Below are positions 1-6,434 of a stretch of 10,569 nucleotides of DNA, piece after piece. The notes under the pieces are model-generated. The model saw only the letters and a list, made by a program, of their open reading frames with translations, did not search any database and was not told where the DNA came from. Origin of the DNA: Candidatus Rokuibacteriota bacterium. GTDB lineage: Bacteria; Methylomirabilota; Methylomirabilia; Rokubacteriales; DASRDR01. Positions within the stretch are counted from its first letter, which is position 1. Each line of letters starts with the position of its first letter. The DNA lies in assembly GCA_044866005.1 (NCBI GenBank), contig JBIOTN010000121.1, forward strand, positions 1 to 10,569. Direction: 5' to 3'. The translations under genes and the position numbers were made by a program.

Positions 1-1
1 C

Positions 2-1024
2 TCAGGCGGCGAAGAGGGGAATCGGCAGGGGGTCCGCTGAGACGGGGCGCGCGCCGGCCGCGACCGCCAGGATGTAGTCGGCGAAGCGCGCCGTCGGGTC
101 GAACCCCAGGAGCGCCGGGGCGTCCGCGACGAAGTTCGAGGTGGCGTTCACGTCGTAGAAGTACGTCAGGCCGTCCGCAGCGCTGACCAGATACTCCACC
201 CCGCCGACGTCGATCCGCGCCTCGCGGGTCAGCCGCAGCACCGCGTCCACGATGAACCGGCCCGGCTCGTGAGGCTCGACGCGGAGCGCGAGGCGGGGCG
301 CGTCCGCGGGGCAGAGGTCGAGGCCCACGGGGGCGGCGGCCGGCGCCGGGGCGTCCACGCGGCAGAGATCGGCCGGGCAGAGGTTGAAGCCGGCCCCGAG
401 GTCGCGGTAGATCTTGATCGCGTAGAGGTACTCGCCGCCGAGCACCTCGACCCTCACGATGCCGCCGTCCGGCGGCTCGAGAAACTCCTGGACGAGCGCG
501 ACGCCGTCGGGGCCGAAGGCGAGCCCACCCGCCCGCGCCGCCTCTTCCAGGGCTTCCCGCGTGTCGAACCGCACGATCCCCGCGCCGCTCCCGCCGATGT
601 TGGGCTTCAGGACCACGGGAAAGCGAAAGCCGTCGGCGAGCTTGCCGATCCGCCCGGGATCGTTGAGGACGGCGGTGCGCGGGTAGCGAAGCCCCAGCCG
701 CTCGAAGAGCAGAGCCTGGTAGGCCTTCGAGGTCTCCGCCCGGTACGCGGCGCTCGGGTTGAGGACCGGGATCCCGAGCTCCTCCACGTAGGCCAGGAAC
801 GCGTGGGCGTAGAAGAGCGCCCGGCCGTGCCCGCGCGTGTGGGAGGACGGGCTCATGCGGTTGACGACGACCGAGTAGGCGGGGGCGCGCTCCGCCGGCC
901 GGAAGCCGTGGGCGCTGGGGTCGATCTTCTCGAACGCCACGCCCCGCGCGGACAGCTCCGCGGTGAGGCGGGTGGACCACGTCGGGTGCTCGTCCAGGAT
1001 GCCGACGGGAAGCTCGGGCCGCAT
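2..1024 (-). CDS. RimK/glutathione-synthetase-like ATP-grasp protein (340 aa)
   Basis: Real gene is the C-terminal part of track ORF 2..2932. ATG at 1024 (MRPELPVGILDEHPTW) is preceded by a GGAGG RBS; TGA at 2-4. ATP-grasp motifs: VVNRMSPS, FPVVLKPNIGGSGAGIVRF, LVQEFL, GGVEYL...YFYDVNATSNF. Confidence 0.88.
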   Translation of the reverse strand: MRPELPVGILDEHPTWSTRLTAELSARGVAFEKIDPSAHGFRPAERAPAYSVVVNRMSPSSHTRGHGRALFYAHAFLAYVEELGIPVLNPSAAYRAETSKAYQALLFERLGLRYPRTAVLNDPGRIGKLADGFRFPVVLKPNIGGSGAGIVRFDTREALEEAARAGGLAFGPDGVALVQEFLEPPDGGIVRVEVLGGEYLYAIKIYRDLGAGFNLCPADLCRVDAPAPAAAPVGLDLCPADAPRLALRVEPHEPGRFIVDAVLRLTREARIDVGGVEYLVSAADGLTYFYDVNATSNFVADAPALLGFDPTARFADYILAVAAGARPVSADPLPIPLFAA

Positions 1025-1064
1025 GGTCGCCTCCGTATCCGCTATTGTCGACCGACTATGCGGT

Positions 1065-1093
1065 ATTGTCCACGCGCCGCCCCGACCTGTCAA
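1065..1093 (-). promoter_or_regulatory. sigma70-type promoter for the ATP-grasp gene
   Basis: Minus strand TTGACA (1093-1088), 17-nt spacer, GACAAT (1070-1065). It lies in a locally AT-richer intergenic region about 40 nt upstream of the ATG. Confidence 0.7.
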
Positions 1094-1122
1094 GCCACGA
1101 AACGCGCCGGAAAGACGTGGGC

Positions 1123-3231
1123 TTACGCGGGGGCGGTCCGCTCGCCTGGACGGCCGAGTCGGCCGGCCCCGGCATCGGCGATCCCGACTTCGACCATGGT
1201 CGAGTGGAACGCCGGGCCCCCACCGAGATCCGCGACCGTGTCGGAGGTGAGCACGTTCACCCCCTGGCCACCGGGCATGAACTTGTGCCACCAGATCCCC
1301 TCGATCACCACCTGACCGGGCGGCGTGTCCTCGGTCACGAGCGCCGTGAACAGGGCACGCCCGCGGTCGTTCCAGACGGCCACCAGCTCGCCGGGGACGA
1401 TCCCGCGGGCAGCGGCGTCCTGCGGGTGGAGCATCACGGCCGCGCCGGCCTGACGCTTCCGGAGGAGCGCCGACTGGCTGAACGACGAGTTCAGGAAGAA
1501 CCGGTTCGGGGGAACGTGGCACCGCAGCGGGTACCGCGGGCCGATCTCCGGGTGCTCGGCGCTCTCCCTCAGCGGGACATAGGTCGGGAGGGCCGGCAGC
1601 CCCTGGCGGGCCAGCGACTCCGAGTAGAACTCGACCTTGCCGGACGGCGTCGGAGCGCCGTCGGCGAACGGCAGGTACGGCCGCGGCACGTTGATCCGCA
1701 CCGAGTGCTCGGCGCGGAGTCGCTCGTAGGTGATCCCGGCCGACGCGGGGCCGGAGGCCGCCAGATACTCGCGGATGAGGTCGGCCTCGGGCTTCCGGTA
1801 GTGCCGGTCCCGGATGCCGAGCGCGCGGGCCAGGAGCCCGAAGGCCTCCCAGTTCGGCTTGGCCTCGCCGAGCGGCGCGATGACGGGCTCGGCGAGCTGG
1901 AGATAGAGGTGGCCGAACGAGCGGTAGAGATCCAGGTGTTCCATGCTGGTCGTCGCGGGGAGCAGGATGTCGGCGTAGTCGGCCGTGTCGGTCTGCACCT
2001 GCTCGTGGACGACCGTGAAGAGGTCCTCGCGCGCGAGGCCCCGGAGCACGAGCCCGGCGTTCGGGCAGACCGCGGCGGGGTTCGAGTTGTACACGTAGAG
2101 CGCCTTCACGGGCGGCTCGAGGGTCGGATCCGTGAGCGCGCGTCCGAGGTGGATCATGTTGACCGTCCGGGGCGCCGGGGCCGGCAGGAGGTCTTGCCGC
2201 TCGAGCGCGGCGTCGCCGGGGCCGAAGGCGCCCGAGCTGGCGAGGAGGGCCCCGCCGGCCGGGTGGGCATAGGCGCCGGTGAGGGCGGGCAGGCACGCGA
2301 TGGCCCGGCACGTCATGCCGCCGTTCTCGTGGCGCGAGATCCCGATCCCGACGCGGATGAACGCCGCCCGGCTCCGGCCGTAGCGCCGCGCCAGGCCCAC
2401 GACGTCGTCGGCGGCGAGGCCCGTGATCTCGGCGACGCGACCCGGCGGATAGGCCGTGACGTGCTGGCGGAGCGCCTCGAAGCCCGTGGTGGCGCGGGCG
2501 ATGTACGGCCGGTCGAGGAGGTCCTCCGCGATCAGGACGTGCATGAGCCCGAGGGCGAGGGCCCCGTCGGTCCCCGAGCGGATCATGAGGTGCTCGTCCG
2601 CCTGCCGGGCCGTCCGCGTCCGGTAGGGATCGATGCAGACGACGTGGGCGCCGCGGGCCCTCGCCTGCTTGACCAGCGTCATCACGTTGATGTGCGTGTA
2701 GGCGGCGTTGATGCCCCAGAGCACGACGAGGTCGGCGTCCACCATCTGCTCGGCGTCGTTCCCGGCGACGACGCCCACGGTCGCCCGCCAGCCCGCGTAG
2801 GCCGTGGAGACGCAGATCGTCCGGTCGAGCTGGCTCGCGCCGAGGGCGTGGAAGAGCGGGTGGCCCGCGTAGTACTGGATCCGGCCGAGGGTCCCCGCGT
2901 ACGAGAAGGGCAGGATGGCCTCCGGTCCCCACTGGGCCATGACCCGGGTGAAGCGGTGGGCGATCTCCTCGATGGCGTCGGCCCAGGAGATCCGCTCGAA
3001 CCGCCCCGCGCCCTTCGCCCCCACGCGGCGCATGGGGTAGAGGACCCGCATCGGCGAGTAGACGCGTTCGGTGTAGTCGTGAACCTTGCCGCAGATGACG
3101 CCCCGGGTGAAGGGGTGCTCGGCCTCGCCGACGACGTCGACGATCCGGCCGTCTGCGACCGAGACCTCGAGGCTACAGGCCGACGGGCAGTCGTGCGGGC
3201 AGGTCGACACGCGGGTCTCGGTCACGGGCAT
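1123..3231 (-). CDS. Molybdopterin (bis-MGD, DMSO reductase superfamily) oxidoreductase with N-terminal 4Fe-4S cluster (702 aa)
   Basis: ATG at 3231 (MPVTETRVSTCPHDCPSAC) with GGAGG at 3246-3242; TAA at 1123-1125. Motifs: C11-x3-C15-x3-C19-x27-C47-GK, RVLYPMRR...FERISW, VVLWGIN, VVCIDPYRTRTA, TDTADYADILLPATT, TPSGKVEF, and a C-terminal MGD-binding domain (LHPQDAAARGI..GELV.VWNDRG). Confidence 0.95.
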   Translation of the reverse strand: MPVTETRVSTCPHDCPSACSLEVSVADGRIVDVVGEAEHPFTRGVICGKVHDYTERVYSPMRVLYPMRRVGAKGAGRFERISWADAIEEIAHRFTRVMAQWGPEAILPFSYAGTLGRIQYYAGHPLFHALGASQLDRTICVSTAYAGWRATVGVVAGNDAEQMVDADLVVLWGINAAYTHINVMTLVKQARARGAHVVCIDPYRTRTARQADEHLMIRSGTDGALALGLMHVLIAEDLLDRPYIARATTGFEALRQHVTAYPPGRVAEITGLAADDVVGLARRYGRSRAAFIRVGIGISRHENGGMTCRAIACLPALTGAYAHPAGGALLASSGAFGPGDAALERQDLLPAPAPRTVNMIHLGRALTDPTLEPPVKALYVYNSNPAAVCPNAGLVLRGLAREDLFTVVHEQVQTDTADYADILLPATTSMEHLDLYRSFGHLYLQLAEPVIAPLGEAKPNWEAFGLLARALGIRDRHYRKPEADLIREYLAASGPASAGITYERLRAEHSVRINVPRPYLPFADGAPTPSGKVEFYSESLARQGLPALPTYVPLRESAEHPEIGPRYPLRCHVPPNRFFLNSSFSQSALLRKRQAGAAVMLHPQDAAARGIVPGELVAVWNDRGRALFTALVTEDTPPGQVVIEGIWWHKFMPGGQGVNVLTSDTVADLGGGPAFHSTMVEVGIADAGAGRLGRPGERTAPA

Positions 3232-3253
3232 GGCGGGCGTCCCTCCGCGCCTC

Positions 3254-3262
3254 AGCGTACCA
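3254..3262 (-). promoter_or_regulatory. Possible extended -10 promoter (TGn-TACGCT) for the molybdoenzyme gene
   Basis: Minus strand TGGTACGCT in the 49-nt gap between the VOC stop and the Mo-enzyme start, 7 nt upstream of the GGAGG RBS. No convincing -35 box. Confidence 0.4.
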
Positions 3263-3280
3263 CGACGGTTCGCCCCGCTC

Positions 3281-4051
3281 TCAGGCCAGGACGAGCCGGG
3301 CCCCGACCGTGAGCGCCGGGTCGAGCGGCCCGGCCTGGCCGGACGCCGTCCGGAGCGTGGCCGCGTAGGGCGACGGGCCCCGCGCGCGGAGCCACTCGGC
3401 GAGCGGGCCACGCCCACCGGTCGGCGCCACGAAGTCGAGGGCATGCGGGCCGACCGTGAAGCGGACGCCCGTGGCCTGAAGCTCCTCGCGCCGGACCTCG
3501 CGCCCCGGCTCGCCGAGGACCGCCGCGTACCAGCGCCGGACCGTCCCGGGATCCGCGACGGCGACGGTGACCGTCTCGATCCCCGTGACGCGGTTCCGGT
3601 GCGCGGTCGCCGCCGGGACGCGCTCCCCGCGCGGCGTCTCGTCCTGGATGAGGAACGGCGCCACGCCCCGGTGCCCGCCGCGCGGGATCGCCAGCACCCA
3701 GCTCAGGCGATAACCGTCCGGGCGGACGCGGGTCAGCGGCTTCGGGTCGTCGATCTGGACCCCGGCCCGGCGGAAGGCCGCGGTGTCCCCTGCCAGGTCG
3801 TCGGTCTGCATGCAGAAGTCGACCAGCCCCCCGCCCTGCTGCAACGGCTGCCACCAGCGGTGCTCCGCGCTCGGCTCGTAGAACGCGATCAGCTCGAGGT
3901 AGGCGCCGTCGGCGAACGCGACCAGCGCGTTGTGGGTGCCGACCGGGTGGCGGCCGCCCGGCACCACCGCGAAGCCGAGCTCGGCGTACCGCGCCGCGGC
4001 GACGGCGAGGTCGGGGACCACGACGACGAGGTGGTCGATTCCCGTCAGCAT
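3281..4051 (-). CDS. VOC family / glyoxalase-like domain protein (256 aa)
   Basis: ATG at 4051 (MLTGIDHLVVVVPDL); TGA at 3281-3283. Glyoxalase-like motifs: IDHLVV, LGF.VVPGGRHPVGTHNALVAF.DG.YLELI, PFLIQD. A second VOC-like half begins at VTGIETVTVAV. Confidence 0.9.
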   Translation of the reverse strand: MLTGIDHLVVVVPDLAVAAARYAELGFAVVPGGRHPVGTHNALVAFADGAYLELIAFYEPSAEHRWWQPLQQGGGLVDFCMQTDDLAGDTAAFRRAGVQIDDPKPLTRVRPDGYRLSWVLAIPRGGHRGVAPFLIQDETPRGERVPAATAHRNRVTGIETVTVAVADPGTVRRWYAAVLGEPGREVRREELQATGVRFTVGPHALDFVAPTGGRGPLAEWLRARGPSPYAATLRTASGQAGPLDPALTVGARLVLA

Positions 4052-4053
4052 GG

Positions 4054-4113
4054 GGGTTACTTCGGGGGTGGGTCGGTAGACCCCCCCGATGCCCCCCAAC
4101 CCGAGGAGCTCCT
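4054..4113. repeat. Palindromic G/C-homopolymer element overlapping the 3' end of the LLM gene
   Basis: Stem TCGGGGG[TG]GGTC (4062-4074), loop GGTA, GACCCCCCCGA (4079-4089): 11 bp with a 2-nt bulge. Outer inverted ends GGGTT (4054-4058) and AACCC (4098-4102). Adjacent perfect palindrome AGGAGCTCCT (4104-4113). Confidence 0.6.
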
Positions 4114-5130
4114 GACGGGCCGCCCGGCGTGGGCCAGGAGCGCCGGCGCGACCTCGGCGACGAAGCGCTGGAGCTGGCCCCGCTGGTCTCGCGAGGCCAT
4201 CCGGAGCGCGACGTGCTCGACCCCGGCGTCGAAGTACGCCGCCAGCTCGGCGACGCACTGCCGGGGACTCCCCGCGGCCGTCCAGCCCTCCACGAAGGCG
4301 GGGCTGAAGTTCGCCGTGTAGTAGGTGTCGAGGAACGCCTTGCTCTCCTCGAGCGCCGCGCGCCGGTCCTCGTTGAGGTTGACGTTGTGGTAGAGCGCGC
4401 TGCCGAGAGCGTCGGGCGCCCGGCCCTCCTCCTGCGCCATCGCGAGGATCCGCGCCCACTGCTGGCGGAACTGCGCCGGCGTCACCTTGTTCGTCATCCA
4501 GCCGTCCGCCAGCCGGGCGACGCGACGCAGGTTTCGGGCGACGACCGCCTCGGGCGCGCTGCCGCCCCCCTTCCAGGTGAGCCCGGTCGGGTTGCTCGCG
4601 ATCCAGATGGGGCACGGCTGCTGGACCGGCCGCGGCTCGACCTTCACGGCCTCCAGCCGGTAGAACCGCCCATGGTGCGTGACGCTTGCCCCGCCGAAAA
4701 GCCCGCGGAGGATCGCGATGCCCTCTTCCAGCCGGGCGACCCGCTCGCTCGCCTGGACTCCCATGACCGCGTGCTCGAGTGCCTGGGCCGCGCTCTGCTC
4801 GTTCGGCCCCCCGAGACAGACGACGAGCCAGCTCCGCCCGCTGGAGAGCTGATCGAGGCTCGCCCACTGGTGGGCGAAGAGCACGGGGTGGCGGTGGACG
4901 AACGTCGCGAGGCACCCCACGCCGAGCCGGACCCGCCCCGTCGCGCCGGCCAGCCCGCCGAGCAGCGTCACGGCCTCGAGCCGCGGTTTCGCGAGGAGGC
5001 TATCCCCGACCCACACCGTGTCGAAGACGCCGGCGGCCTCCGCGTGCGCGGCGAGCTCGATCAGCTCGTGCGCCCGGACCAGGCCGGTGATCACGCCTCG
5101 GTTCGGGAGCGTGAGGCCGAGTGACGCCAC
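4057..5130 (-). CDS. LLM class (luciferase-like) flavin/F420-dependent oxidoreductase (357 aa)
   Basis: GTG at 5130 with GAGGG upstream; TAA at 4057-4059. Motifs: AEAAGVFDTVWVGDS, LGGLAGATGRVRLG, RHPVLFAHQWASLDQLSSGR, RLEEGIAILRGL, HHGRFY...VEPRPVQQPCPIWIA, RVARLADGW, GSPRQCVAELAAYFDAGV. Confidence 0.94.
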   Translation of the reverse strand: MASLGLTLPNRGVITGLVRAHELIELAAHAEAAGVFDTVWVGDSLLAKPRLEAVTLLGGLAGATGRVRLGVGCLATFVHRHPVLFAHQWASLDQLSSGRSWLVVCLGGPNEQSAAQALEHAVMGVQASERVARLEEGIAILRGLFGGASVTHHGRFYRLEAVKVEPRPVQQPCPIWIASNPTGLTWKGGGSAPEAVVARNLRRVARLADGWMTNKVTPAQFRQQWARILAMAQEEGRAPDALGSALYHNVNLNEDRRAALEESKAFLDTYYTANFSPAFVEGWTAAGSPRQCVAELAAYFDAGVEHVALRMASRDQRGQLQRFVAEVAPALLAHAGRPVRSSSGWGASGGSTDPPPK

Positions 5131-5140
5131 GACGCCGCCC

Positions 5141-5560
5141 TCAGCGCTCGCCCTGCGAGCCCCGCCGCGCGTGCTCGTAGCCCCGGCGGAGCCACTTGAG
5201 CGCGCGCGGGAGCTCCGCGGGCCCGGCCACCTCGCACTCGATCCACCCGCGCGTGGCGAAGCGCCGATGCGGGCGAACGCCCGCCGAGCCGAGCGCGCGG
5301 GCCTGGTCGCCGCCCGACAGGCGCACCCAGAGGTCGTGGTCCTTCTCGCGGATGGGATAGCAGCCGAACAGCTGATCGCCGACGAAGTAGCCGAAGCGGC
5401 CGAACATGGGCGTGATGCGCACCCCGTGCCAGGCGCCCACGATCCGGTTCAGCCCGCCGGCCATTCCCTCCCCGCCGCGGCGGAGCGCGCGCCGGTCCCG
5501 GCGCCCGCGGCCGGTCCCCCGCGGCGCGGCCACCGGGGCCCGCCGGGCCCGGGCCGTCAC
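5141..5560 (-). CDS. Small TfoX N-terminal-like / YjbR-like domain protein; start uncertain (GTG 5560 or ATG 5464)
   Basis: C-terminal part of track ORF 5141..6745. PMFGRFGYFVGDQLFG resembles the TfoX_N MFG-x-G motif; the protein ends GWIECEV...ALKWLRRGYEHA. GTG at 5560 overlaps the upstream TGA (GTGA, 139 aa). ATG at 5464 gives 107 aa without the Arg/Ala-rich leader. Confidence 0.65.
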   Translation of the reverse strand: MTARARRAPVAAPRGTGRGRRDRRALRRGGEGMAGGLNRIVGAWHGVRITPMFGRFGYFVGDQLFGCYPIREKDHDLWVRLSGGDQARALGSAGVRPHRRFATRGWIECEVAGPAELPRALKWLRRGYEHARRGSQGER

Positions 5561-6053
5561 CGCGCCGTCCCGCCATCGCCGGCGGCCGCCGCGGCGAAGG
5601 GGCGCAGCAGCGAGGTGGACTCGGGCGGGAAGACGAGCTTCGTCGCCGGGCTCGCGCCCAGGGCGCCGAGCGCGTCCAGGTACCGAAGGCCGAGCGTCTT
5701 GACGTCCGCGCGCCGCGCGACCGCCGACTGCTTCTCCCCCTCGGCGACCTTGATCGCCGCCTCCCAGCGCTCCGTCACCGCGTCGAGCTCGGTGCGGAGC
5801 ACCGGGTTGATCTGCGCCCGCTTGGCCAGGACGTCGTCCAGCGGGATGTCGCCCACCACCGCGCGGAGCGTCGTGGTCGCAATCCCCTGCGCGGCGCCGG
5901 CGAGATCCTGGACGTTGAGGACGGACGCGGTCGGGTTCACCACCTTCCAGTAGACCAGAAAGTCGATGTTGATGGGGACGTTGTCGCGCGTGACGCACGT
6001 CTGCTCGGGACGACGACGATGACCAGGGGCCAGCCGACCAGGATGCTCTCCAT
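5557..6053 (-). pseudogene. SPFH/band-7 (stomatin/QmcA-like) gene remnant with frameshift and internal deletions
   Basis: GGAGG then ATG at 6053 gives a hydrophobic N-terminus MESILVGWPLVIVVV, but this frame stops at 5937-5939. The SPFH core (PEQTCVTRDNVPINIDFLVYWKV, TTLRAVVGDIPLDDVL..R..IN..LR..LD..TERW, LRYLDAL..LG.SPATKLVFP) is in another frame, from about 6009 to TGA 5557. The span is 497 nt, not a multiple of 3. Confidence 0.8.
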
Positions 6054-6087
6054 GACATCCGCCTCCCACGGGCCGAACGGGCCGGAC

Positions 6088-6420
6088 CTAGGGGTAGATC
6101 TGACGGTAGGCGAACCGCGCGCGCCCGCCCGCGCCGGCGAACCGCGCGTCGTAGTCGCGGGTCATCGCCCGCAGCGTGTCCGAGGCGAGGAACGCGCGGA
6201 GCGACTCCTCGGAGTCGAACTCGTAGCAGACCATGTACTGCCAGGGCTCGCTCCCCGCGTGCGGGCTGTCGAGCGCGATCGGGGCGTAGCGCCGCATCGC
6301 CGTGCAGCCGGGGACGGCTGCGGCCTCCGCCGCGCGGACCGTGTCGTACCAGGCGTTGAACGCCGCCTCGAGCTCGGGGGCGACCGTCGCCTTCACGACC
6401 AGGAGAGCCGGGCGCGCCAT
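6088..6420 (-). CDS. Small dimeric alpha/beta-barrel protein (DUF4286/EthD-like, 110 aa)
   Basis: ATG at 6420 (MARPALLVVKATVAPELEAAFNAWYD); TAG at 6088-6090. Pattern E..FN.WY.......VPG....RRY...Y...YEFDS.E.L..F is typical of this fold. Confidence 0.78.
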   Translation of the reverse strand: MARPALLVVKATVAPELEAAFNAWYDTVRAAEAAAVPGCTAMRRYAPIALDSPHAGSEPWQYMVCYEFDSEESLRAFLASDTLRAMTRDYDARFAGAGGRARFAYRQIYP

Positions 6421-6434
6421 CCGGCGCTCGGGCC

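Noticed and set aside
1025..2932. N-terminal ~636 aa of the 976-aa track ORF 2..2932, suggesting a giant ATP-grasp fusion or an overlapping gene
   Set aside because: Low-complexity Arg/Pro/Gly sequence from an alternative frame of the Mo-enzyme gene. A promoter, RBS and ATG at 1024 define the real start.
6010..6069. Intact 170-aa SPFH protein starting at GTG 6069
   Set aside because: The leader MGGGCHGEHPGRLAPGHRRR has no membrane segment, and the GTG lies immediately upstream of, and touches, the GGAGG that serves ATG 6053. The frameshifted-remnant reading fits better.
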